The translations under genes were made by a program, and so were the position numbers. A stretch of DNA of 64,000 nucleotides from an uncultured Sediminibacterium sp. (GTDB lineage: Bacteria; Bacteroidota; Bacteroidia; Chitinophagales; Chitinophagaceae): positions 45,058 through 109,057 of the forward strand of contig CAZDQB010000005.1 in assembly GCA_964507525.1 (NCBI GenBank). Direction: 5' to 3'. Positions 1 to 8,540 of this stretch are shown here, piece after piece; position 1 is the first letter of the stretch, and each line of letters opens with the position of its first letter. The notes under the pieces were generated by a model, which saw only the letters and a list, made by a program, of their open reading frames with translations, was not told where the DNA came from and did no database searches.

Positions 1-844
1 TATTTATGTATAGCAGGTCGTTTGAAATAAAATCATTGGTCACAAGAATATCTTTCCATCCATCTTTATTAATGTCAGTAATATTTACACCATGTCCATA
101 ACCTTCAATCGTTAGCCCGGCCTCTTTAGTAACGTTTGTAAATACAGGATGTTTTAAAGCGTCGTTCCAGTCATTCCTGTACAACCTGCCTGTACTTGGA
201 AAGGAACCATCTGTTATTTTAGATTTGAAAACTGACGGGTTTACGGTTGGGAGGATCTGGTTTACTACCAGGTACATATCCAGATCACCGTCATTATCAT
301 AATCAAAAAAAGCAGCCATGGTAGAATGCGTAGTATCATCTAATCCGTATTCTGCAGCCATTTCTTTAAAAACGGGGACCCCGTTTTTATCCGGGCCCTG
401 GTTAATGTAAAGAAGGTTTTTTCTCTTTTCCGGATTTTTATCCATCGATGCACAAACGTAAATATCCTGCCAACTGTCATTATTGATATCTACAACAGCT
501 ATCCCCTTACACCATTTTCCCTGGCCTTTCACACCAGCTTCTTCTGTAATATCCTCAAACCGAAGATTGCCTTTATTTAAATATAATTTGTTTGATACAA
601 GGTTACCGGTAAAATAAATATCAGGCAATCCATCGTTGTTAAAGTCGGCAATCCCAACACCTCCTCCGTTGTAAATATTGGTAACCTCAATAGGATTGAG
701 CGAATCGCTTTCAACTATCTTATTATTAAAATGTATCCCAGAATGTTCGGGTGAAACCAGGTGAAACAGTTTGGTGTCTTGTTTGCAGGAAAAATGCAAA
801 AGAGAAATAACCCACGAAAGAATAATGTAACGAATAGCTTTCAT
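1..844 (-). CDS. FG-GAP/VCBS-repeat (CRTAC1 / ASPIC-UnbV-like) lipoprotein, N-terminal part; gene runs off the left edge
   Basis: Absent from the ORF track because no stop lies in the window. My minus-strand translation from the ATG at 844-842 reads MKAIRYIILSWVISLLHFSCKQD... (lipobox-like LLHFSC). Four FG-GAP-type Ca-binding loops follow: DFNNDGLPDIY, DINNDSWQDIY, DYDNDGDLDMY, DINKDGWKDIL. Confidence 0.75.
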   Translation of the reverse strand, partial: MKAIRYIILSWVISLLHFSCKQDTKLFHLVSPEHSGIHFNNKIVESDSLNPIEVTNIYNGGGVGIADFNNDGLPDIYFTGNLVSNKLYLNKGNLRFEDITEEAGVKGQGKWCKGIAVVDINNDSWQDIYVCASMDKNPEKRKNLLYINQGPDKNGVPVFKEMAAEYGLDDTTHSTMAAFFDYDNDGDLDMYLVVNQILPTVNPSVFKSKITDGSFPSTGRLYRNDWNDALKHPVFTNVTKEAGLTIEGYGHGVNITDINKDGWKDILVTNDFISNDLLYIN

Positions 845-929
845 ATGAATCAATTTGTAATGTAAGTATGGAATGAGTTGTTAAAATTAAAATTGAGGGA
901 AGGGCCACTCACTTTCTTTTAGTATCACT

Positions 930-1208
930 CTATGGAAAATTCCGCCTTTTTTTAAAGAGAGTGGCGCCAAAACAAATAATAATATTTCCTTTTCTGGAAG
1001 TTAAAGGGCATCCCATATCACAGTCGTAAAAAACTCCCTGCGATTGGGTACTTGTTCCGCCAATAGCATAAAACGAACTGTCTGCAGTAAGAAAACATCC
1101 TGGTTTATAGCCAGATCTGCCGCTCGGGAAGACATCATTTAATATATTGATAGTAAGCATGGCACTTGATCTTTCAATAAAATAATTTTTTCCGAAATGC
1201 ATGCCCAA
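930..1208 (-). pseudogene. 92-aa ORF inside repeat copy 1; probably a relic of a longer gene (a decayed homolog lies in copy 2)
   Basis: C-terminus YDCDMGCPLTSRKGNIIICFG aligns with YDGDSGYPLTFRKGNIIICFG, translated from the minus strand of 11030-11100. Several differences between the copies are synonymous. Copy 2 carries an in-frame stop and a frameshift. No signal peptide or known full-length domain. Confidence 0.3.
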
Positions 1209-1431
1209 TAAAAGCGATGTTTAAAAAAGCAAAAAAAAAATGCGAATTGTGAATTTTTCATTTAATTTTAAGTTATGTCTATATGTTTATACATACTAAG
1301 ATATTGAATTTATGCTAAAAAAGCATATCACTGTGTTTTTTGATTAGGGTGTCCGTTTTTATCCATAGGTAAATAATTGCACTTTCAATCTTGCTGGGCT
1401 AAGCGGTGAGATAGATCTTTAAAGGATAGCC
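963..1431. repeat. Copy 1 of a diverged ~470-bp repeat module (partner 11013-11490)
   Basis: By-eye alignment is colinear over the whole length, roughly 70-75% identical. Conserved blocks include aaataataatatttcc, ttgatagtaagca, gtatgtttatacatacta, attagggtgtccgttttt and cttgctgg(g)ctaagcggtgagat. Confidence 0.8.
1282..1295. promoter_or_regulatory. Operator-like palindrome TATGTTTATACATA (variant of the TATGTTnnAACATA motif)
   Basis: Arms TATGT/ACATA around TTAT. 12/14 identical to the 14-mer at 23420-23433. Lies in the intergenic DNA upstream of the GH2-GH38-GH95 gene string. Confidence 0.35.
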
Positions 1432-1690
1432 GGTTCAACGTATTTTTCTCAGGCATTATCAGCAATTGACAATACAACAAATTCCCGGGGAAAATGGGCA
1501 GGATATATTTGACATTGAACCGGGGAAAAATATTTTAGACCAGGCATGTTAAATATGCAGCATAATAAAAAAGGTATATTAATGGCCAGATTAATATTTA
1601 TCTGATATGGGTACTAATCAAAAAATGGATGTTGATAAATCACGCAGTTTTCGGCAATCGGGAGTGCTTTGAACAGATAATACAATTTAC

Positions 1691-2131
1691 ATGTGCATGA
1701 GATTTTTTTCATCAACGGGATTGTTTTTTTTGTGCATTACAGTTTTCGAACAGAATTATCAGAGAAATCCGGCTATTGCAGCGACGGATAACCTGCAGTC
1801 GGCAGTGTTCCCTTTACCGGCAGCGAGCAAAGCGTCATTTACCGACCATACTTCTCGTGCACATATTACGGCGGATCCGGATTGGTTTACATGGTATCCC
1901 AGCGTGACTCAGGGTGACGATGGCAAATATCACATGTTTCACTCGTGTTGGACCAAAATCCCGATGACACTTATTACGAAATCGATCCTTACCGGGGAGA
2001 TGCCTGCTGATGGATTGGTTGAATACTACCTGACGATTTTCGAAAGGGATACCATGGTGCGTTGGCCTGCCGAAGGGAATTTATCGTTTATCACCTGTGA
2101 AAAACAGGAATCACTGTCAAATGTCGACTAA
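1691..2131 (+). pseudogene. Truncated glycosidase-like fragment (146-aa ORF)
   Basis: The segment ITADPDWFTWYPSVTQGDDGKYHMFHSCW resembles the N-terminal blade of beta-propeller glycosidases (the DGKYHMF..RW pattern), but the ORF ends after about 60 more residues. It overlaps the extended GH2 ORF. A spot count on the 60 nt at 1801-1860 gives 33/60 G+C, well above the neighbours. Confidence 0.3.
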
Positions 2132-2162
2132 ACTTTCCTTATCCATTATAACGATCAATAAA

Positions 2163-4715
2163 ATGAACTCTATTAAACCTTTATTTTCTTTGAATGCAGC
2201 CATTCTATTTATGCTGGGTCTGATGATGGCTGCCACAACATTTTCACAAAATAAATCCATTATAAGGATGGGCGCTAAGGATACCCATTCATTTGATGAA
2301 GGCTGGTTGTTTGCCCGCTACGGGTTGCAACCTGATGGCTCAAGAATGGAAGAACCTAAAAGTTTGGAAAGTATTACCATCAATGACGACGGCTGGCAAA
2401 AACTACATCTGCCTCATGATTGGGCCATCACCGGTCCTTTCAGAATAGAATTGGAAGGCGCAACAGGTAAATTGCCTTGGAAAGGGATCGGCTGGTACAG
2501 AAAGCATTTTAAGGTTCCAGTAGCCGATTCAAATAAACAAATTCTTGTGGATTTTGATGGAGCTATGGCCAATGCGAAAATCTGGGTAAATGGCCATTAC
2601 GTGGGCACATGGCCTTACGGGTATAATTCGTTTTGCATAGATTTAACGCCTTACATCAAGGTAGGAAAAGCAAATGTATTGGCGGTTCGCCTCGATACCG
2701 AAAACTGGGATTCCCGCTGGTACCCTGGTGCCGGCATTTACCGCCATGTGTGGCTCGTCAAAACAAATCGGGTGCATGTCGGTCATTGGGGTACGTATAT
2801 TACTACGCCTGAAATTTCGGCTACTGCAGCAAGGGTTAACATGAATGTAACGATTGAAAATAAAGGCAAATTGCCTGTCGAAGCAAGCATTCAAACCGCT
2901 GTATTTGAATTGGATAGGCACAATAAAACAGGAGCAAAAGTTGCTTCTTTCAATACATCAGTGGTGAAAATTAAAGCCGGAACGAATACAACTACCACCG
3001 TACAGGCCACAGTTAAGCATCCGAGATGCTGGGATATTGTTTCGCCTAATCGCTATCTTGCCCAAACTACCGTAAGTGTAATTGGTAAAGTGGTTGATAC
3101 CTACCATACGCCATTTGGAATCCGAACAATAGAATTTACGGCCCGCAATGGTTTTCTGTTGAATGGCCGCAGGGTTAAAATTCAGGGAACCTGTAACCAT
3201 CACGATTTTGGTGCCATAGGAGCTGCCATCAACACAAGTGCTTTGCACCGGCAATTGACAATGCTGAAAGAGATGGGTTGTAACGCATTACGTACTTCAC
3301 ACAACCCCCCTGCTCCTGAATTGCTCGAACTGGCTGACCAGATGGGGTTTCTGGTTTGGGACGAGGCATTCGACTGCTGGAAAACCGGCAAAAGGAAATT
3401 GGACTACAACAAACTTTATGAAGAATGGCACAAAATGGATCTGAAAGCGATGGTTCACCGAGATCGTAACCATCCTTCCGTGTTCATCTGGTCAATCGGA
3501 AATGAGGTGATGGATCAGCGCAATGTGGGAATGACAAAACATCTGGCCGACATTGTTCGGGGTGAAGATCCAACCCGTCCGGTTTCCAATGGGTATAACG
3601 ATCCTGATGGGGGGCGTGAAGTTGGGGCTGCAGAAGCTTTAGATATTATGGGAGTGAATTATTTTTTCAGCCAGCAGCCCAAGTGGGATGCCGACCCACG
3701 GTATAAGAACAAGCCAACCATTGGCAGCGAAACATCGTCCTGTGTTTCGTCGCGTGGCGAATATTTCTTTGGAAATGAATACCAGAACTGGCAAATATCT
3801 TCTTATGATAATGCCTATCCAGGGTGGGGGTGTTCTCCTGATGAACAGTTTCGTACCAATGCCAGGTATCCGTGTCTGTTAGGCGAATTTGTATGGACGG
3901 GCTTCGATTATATTGGTGAACCAACACCTTATAATTCCGATGAAACTAATTTGCAAAATTTTCGCAATGAGCCTGAAAAGAAGAAAGAACTGGAGGCGAA
4001 ACTCATTGAAATCCGCAAAAAAAATCCGCCTTCCCGAAGCAGTTATTTTGGTATTGTAGATTTGGCGGGGTTCCCCAAAGACCGTTTTTACCTTTATCAA
4101 TCCTATTGGAGACCTGATTACCCAATGGCGCATATTTTACCACATTGGAACTGGGCAGAACGGATCGGACAGGTAACACCGGTGCATGTTTACACTTCAG
4201 GGGATGAAGCTGAATTGTTTTTAAATGGGAAAAGTCTAGGAAAAAAAAATAAAAGAAAAGAGCGAGATTTTCGGCTGGTTTGGGATAGTGTAAAATATGA
4301 ACCTGGAACTATCAAAGTTATTGTCTGGAAAGATGGAAAACAATGGGCTAGTGATGAAATAAAGACTACCGGCGATGCTGCTAAATTAAATCTTTCAACT
4401 GATCGGAATTTAATTGAAGCCAAGGGTGTTGACCTGGCCTTTATTACTGTAAAAGTTCAGGATGGGACAGGATTAACTGTTCCGCGTACCCATCCGAAAA
4501 TAAAATTCGAAGTTGAAGGCCCTGGCGAAATTGTGGCTACCGATAATGGCGATGCCACCAGCTTTGTCCCTTTCCAGAACCATGAACGCGAGGCATTCAA
4601 TGGTTTGGCATTGGTTATTGTTAAAGCCAAAAAGGGCTTCAAAGGCAATTTTAAAGTAAAAGCAATCAGTGCAGGACTTGTATCGGATGAAATTAAAGTG
4701 AAAATAGCCCAGTAA
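2163..4715 (+). CDS. GH2 family glycoside hydrolase (beta-galactosidase/beta-mannosidase-like), secreted
   Basis: ORF 2097-4715. The likely start is the ATG at 2163, giving signal peptide MNSIKPLFSLNAAILFMLGLMMAATTFSQ. GH2 hallmarks are present: NHPSVFIWSIGNE (acid/base Glu region) and FVWTGFDYIGEP (nucleophile Glu region). Confidence 0.85.
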   Translation: MNSIKPLFSLNAAILFMLGLMMAATTFSQNKSIIRMGAKDTHSFDEGWLFARYGLQPDGSRMEEPKSLESITINDDGWQKLHLPHDWAITGPFRIELEGATGKLPWKGIGWYRKHFKVPVADSNKQILVDFDGAMANAKIWVNGHYVGTWPYGYNSFCIDLTPYIKVGKANVLAVRLDTENWDSRWYPGAGIYRHVWLVKTNRVHVGHWGTYITTPEISATAARVNMNVTIENKGKLPVEASIQTAVFELDRHNKTGAKVASFNTSVVKIKAGTNTTTTVQATVKHPRCWDIVSPNRYLAQTTVSVIGKVVDTYHTPFGIRTIEFTARNGFLLNGRRVKIQGTCNHHDFGAIGAAINTSALHRQLTMLKEMGCNALRTSHNPPAPELLELADQMGFLVWDEAFDCWKTGKRKLDYNKLYEEWHKMDLKAMVHRDRNHPSVFIWSIGNEVMDQRNVGMTKHLADIVRGEDPTRPVSNGYNDPDGGREVGAAEALDIMGVNYFFSQQPKWDADPRYKNKPTIGSETSSCVSSRGEYFFGNEYQNWQISSYDNAYPGWGCSPDEQFRTNARYPCLLGEFVWTGFDYIGEPTPYNSDETNLQNFRNEPEKKKELEAKLIEIRKKNPPSRSSYFGIVDLAGFPKDRFYLYQSYWRPDYPMAHILPHWNWAERIGQVTPVHVYTSGDEAELFLNGKSLGKKNKRKERDFRLVWDSVKYEPGTIKVIVWKDGKQWASDEIKTTGDAAKLNLSTDRNLIEAKGVDLAFITVKVQDGTGLTVPRTHPKIKFEVEGPGEIVATDNGDATSFVPFQNHEREAFNGLALVIVKAKKGFKGNFKVKAISAGLVSDEIKVKIAQ

Positions 4716-4947
4716 AAAATTATCCAATGGCGGTGAAAGCGTTTGTTGGCATGATGTGAAACATAGAGATATTGTTTACGTCAATGATTGGTGTTCCTTC
4801 TTTTTAATAAGTGCCCAATCAGTGGATGTAAAGGCTCTTATAAAAAAGCATGTTTAATAAAGCATAGAAAGAGGCTGGAGTCATTATCTGACATATGATT
4901 TCTTTTAAATTCCAATACATAAAACGACAGCACTTGAATCAATAATC

Positions 4948-7900
4948 ATGAAAAAAATAAACTTAGCCTTCTTGCTATTGATTAGCATAACAGCATTTGG
5001 GCAGGATAAGCAATCCAATCCTGCACCTATCAATCCAAATGTTAAGGAGATCATTGTAATATTCAAAACGCACTTTGATATAGGCTATACCCATCGGGTA
5101 AAGGATGTAGTCCAATATTACCGTACGGATATGATTGACAAGGCTTTGGATATCATGGATAAGACCCGGGATTTGCCTAAAGCACAGCAATTTACATGGA
5201 CTGCGCCGGGCTGGGTGATGGCCAAAGTATTGGAAAACTGGCCGGGGCAAACACCTGAACGCCACCGGCGATTGGAAGAAGCTTTTAAGTCGGGACGATT
5301 TGTGAGCCATGCGATGCCTTTCTCAGTTCAGTCTCAGATATTGTTCCCCGAAGATGTTGCAAGATCCTACGAATCGTCCTCTTTCGTTTCCCGCAAATAT
5401 GGCCTGCCATTGCCGTATGCTGCAAAGATGACTGATGTGCCTTCCCAAGCAAACATATTGGCTACAGGACTGGCGCAAGGCGGCATAAAATTTATGCATA
5501 TCGGATGCAACTGGCCCAGCGGCGATGTAAATTATCCGCCACTTTTCTGGTGGCAGGGACCAGATGGAAGCCGTGTCTTGACGCTATATTCGCCTACTTA
5601 TGGAACCACCACAGGACTAGGTTGGCCAACGGAATGGGGAGGCAACGATGGGCGTGTGGGCAGGAACCTGATCCCCCCTGCTAATTGGCCGTATCAGGTA
5701 TGGCCCGCTATTTTTGTCACCCTTGATAACTCAGGACCACCCAGCCCCAAAGAGGTGAAAGCGTTATTGGATGAAGCGGCTAAAAAAATGCCTGGCGTGA
5801 AGATCAGCGTAGGACGCCTGGAGGATTTTGCCGATGCAATTCTTCCTACGCATCCTGATCTGCCCGTTATCAAAGCAGAAGCTCCTGATACATGGATCCA
5901 CGGCAATATGAGTGACCCTGGCGGAATGAAAATTTCCCGTAATATTAACCCGCTGATACCTGCTGCGGAAGGATTAAATACGCAACTCAAAAATTGGAAT
6001 ATAGCTGTTGCTGATATTACCAAAGATATTTCGAAAGCGTATGAAAATGTTTTGCTTTATGGTGAACATACCTGGGGCGGTGCAGGCTCTATTAATCAAT
6101 ATGGAGAAGCATTTAAAAAACTATCGCCTGAAAGTTATAAAGACCTTGAAGGATCATGGGAAGACAAAACCGATTATATCCGCGCCACCGAAAATATTAT
6201 ACAACCACTGCTGGCAAGCAACCTTTCTGTTCTTGTACAAAACGTAAACCGCGGAGGTAAACGTATGGTGGTCTATAATCCGTTGCCCTGGAGCCGGTCG
6301 GGATGGGTGGAAGTGAGCAACCAACACAGATTTATCTATGCCAGGAATGTTCCGCCTTCCGGCTATAAAACCTTTGGGGAAAAGGATTTGGTGGAAAACA
6401 GTTCAACCAATTTAAGCTCAAATAGGCTGGAAAACAAGTATTTCATCATTAAGCTCGATCCTGCCCGTGGCATTATTTCATCGCTGATCGACAAACGTAC
6501 CAGAAGGGAATGGGTTGATGCCAAGGCAAAATGTGGCCTGGGACAATATATGAATGAACGGTTTACCTACGAACAAACCGTAAAATATGTAACTGATTAT
6601 CAGAATAACCGGGCAATGAACGTTTTTGGCTCGAAAGGAGCGTGGCTGCATCCAGGTCTATACAAGCCTGGAATGATTTCTGAAAAACAGGTTCCTTACC
6701 GTGCGGCACTGTCTAAAAATGGCAGTTTGAGAATCACGAAAGATGCCCATCAGGAAATAGCCGTTATTGACATGCCGGCCGATACTGCTAATCATTTCCC
6801 CGCTTCTTCTTTGCGGGTAATCTTACAAAATGATGAACCGTTTATTGATATGGAGCTTATTATCAAAGATAAGGCAAAAGATAACTGGCCTGAAGCCGAC
6901 TGGTTCTGCTTCCCGTTTAAAATAAATTCCCCTGAATTCACTGTTGGGCGTTCTTTAGGGATGATGGATCCTTCTAAAGATATAATGGAAGGCGCCGACA
7001 AAGATTTGTATGCCGTTGGAACCGGAGTTACCATAGCCGGTAAGGATGGATCCGGCATTGCTTTTTGCCCGTTCGATCACTCGCTTATAAGTTTGGACAG
7101 ACCCGGGATTTGGAAGTTTACCAAAGATTTCATTTCGCGTAAACCGGTTATTTATCTTAATCTTTATAATAATCAGTGGAATACAAACTATCGTTACTGG
7201 TATCCAGGCACGTGGCGTTCAAAAGTCAGAATATGGACTTTTACCAACAACAGCACAACAGCATCGAGATTGGTAACGCCGTCTCTTGAAGCCCGTACCC
7301 CTTTGCTGGTTGCCGAAGCCGAAGGCAAAGCTGGTCATCTTCCTGCCGAACAAGCCGGAATTTCTGTTTCCAGAAAAGGGATACAAGTTACCGCCTTCCG
7401 CCATCATAGTACTGACAATCCTGTTTTTGCAACAACCACTACTCATTTAAATTCAACCCTGCTGCGGTTGTGGGAGCAAGGAGGTAATTCGGGAAATGTA
7501 ACAGTTACCCTCCCCAAAGGGTCAAATTACACGAAAGCAACTCCGGTAAACCTTCGTGGTGAAGTAACCGGTAAGCAAATCAAGATCATTGGCAGCAAAT
7601 TTAACTTCCTGCTCAAAACATATGCCCCTGCCAGCTTTGTTTTGGATATGGCTTCAACCGAAAAGAAATCTGCGCTTGTACCTGTTGGTGCCCGATTCAT
7701 CGATGCATTGCATAAGGGGAAAAAAATTACTATAGTCACAATGGGCACCAGCCTCACTGGCGGAGAATGGCGCTGGCCAGATGTCATGATGAACGACTGG
7801 CTCAACAAAGCATTTCCCGGGCAAGTTATCTGCTTTAACGAGGGTGTCGGCGCATCCTCCTCCAGTGTGGGCCCTTACAATAATTCGGCTCTATCCGGCA

Positions 7901-8355
7901 TAGACAAACTCCCTGCTGTTATCACCCATAAGCCTGATGTGGTCTTTATTGAGTTCGCCACAAACGATGCCTACCTCCCCTATAAGATATCTCGGGAAGC
8001 GTCACAGAAAAACCTCAACTTTATCATCGATCGGATCCTAGAGGCCAACAGCAAGACCGAAATTATTCTTCAAACCATGAATACGGTCATGGACAAACCG
8101 GGTTCTGCTTTCCAAGTCTCCAGCGATCGCCCAGCGCTTGTTCAATATTTCCAAGGCTATCGCGATATCGCTAAAAAGCGTAACCTGCTACTCGTGGACC
8201 ATTACCTGAATTGGGCGAAACTCATGAAGGAGGACCCGGTACGCTTCAACCAACTTGTCCCGGACGGCATCCATGTGCAGATCCCAGGTTATCAGGAAAT
8301 ACTTCTGCCCGAACTGAAGAAAATACTGGATCCTACGCTAACCCGAGCCCAATAA
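4948..8355 (+). CDS. GH38-like alpha-mannosidase fused to a C-terminal SGNH/GDSL esterase domain
   Basis: Signal peptide MKKINLAFLLLISITAFGQ. KTHFDIGYTH, KMTDVPSQ and YGEHTWG blocks are shared with the ORFs at 19768 and 28565. The paralog at 19768 ends at ...APASFVLE, whereas this ORF continues from 7648 for 236 aa carrying SGNH blocks: ITIVTMGTSLTGG (block I), GVGASSS, FIEFATNDA (block III) and PDGIHV (block V, D-x-x-H). Confidence 0.75.
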   Translation: MKKINLAFLLLISITAFGQDKQSNPAPINPNVKEIIVIFKTHFDIGYTHRVKDVVQYYRTDMIDKALDIMDKTRDLPKAQQFTWTAPGWVMAKVLENWPGQTPERHRRLEEAFKSGRFVSHAMPFSVQSQILFPEDVARSYESSSFVSRKYGLPLPYAAKMTDVPSQANILATGLAQGGIKFMHIGCNWPSGDVNYPPLFWWQGPDGSRVLTLYSPTYGTTTGLGWPTEWGGNDGRVGRNLIPPANWPYQVWPAIFVTLDNSGPPSPKEVKALLDEAAKKMPGVKISVGRLEDFADAILPTHPDLPVIKAEAPDTWIHGNMSDPGGMKISRNINPLIPAAEGLNTQLKNWNIAVADITKDISKAYENVLLYGEHTWGGAGSINQYGEAFKKLSPESYKDLEGSWEDKTDYIRATENIIQPLLASNLSVLVQNVNRGGKRMVVYNPLPWSRSGWVEVSNQHRFIYARNVPPSGYKTFGEKDLVENSSTNLSSNRLENKYFIIKLDPARGIISSLIDKRTRREWVDAKAKCGLGQYMNERFTYEQTVKYVTDYQNNRAMNVFGSKGAWLHPGLYKPGMISEKQVPYRAALSKNGSLRITKDAHQEIAVIDMPADTANHFPASSLRVILQNDEPFIDMELIIKDKAKDNWPEADWFCFPFKINSPEFTVGRSLGMMDPSKDIMEGADKDLYAVGTGVTIAGKDGSGIAFCPFDHSLISLDRPGIWKFTKDFISRKPVIYLNLYNNQWNTNYRYWYPGTWRSKVRIWTFTNNSTTASRLVTPSLEARTPLLVAEAEGKAGHLPAEQAGISVSRKGIQVTAFRHHSTDNPVFATTTTHLNSTLLRLWEQGGNSGNVTVTLPKGSNYTKATPVNLRGEVTGKQIKIIGSKFNFLLKTYAPASFVLDMASTEKKSALVPVGARFIDALHKGKKITIVTMGTSLTGGEWRWPDVMMNDWLNKAFPGQVICFNEGVGASSSSVGPYNNSALSGIDKLPAVITHKPDVVFIEFATNDAYLPYKISREASQKNLNFIIDRILEANSKTEIILQTMNTVMDKPGSAFQVSSDRPALVQYFQGYRDIAKKRNLLLVDHYLNWAKLMKEDPVRFNQLVPDGIHVQIPGYQEILLPELKKILDPTLTRAQ

Positions 8356-8540
8356 GCAAATTGTAATCAGACTATATAACTAAAGACCGGAACATTGGCC
8401 GATAACGTTTGAGTTTAAACAGTCAAGACATGTATGATAATTTCTCACTCTTTGAATATAACCAGGTCCGCAGTAAAAAACAGTGGTATGAGGCTACTAA
8501 TTTCCAAAGTTTAAGGTACAATTTCGTAAAGATCCCTGCA

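Noticed and set aside
726-908. 60-aa minus-strand ORF from the track
   Set aside because: It overlaps, out of frame, the well-supported FG-GAP lipoprotein gene whose ATG is at 844. It has no motif content.
2097-2162. N-terminal extensions suggested by the ORF track, at 2097 (GTG), 8409 (TTG), 26202 and 52724
   Set aside because: In each case an internal ATG gives a canonical signal peptide or the first transmembrane helix and removes the overlap with the upstream gene. The shorter starts are preferred: 2163, 8541, 26274 and 52772.
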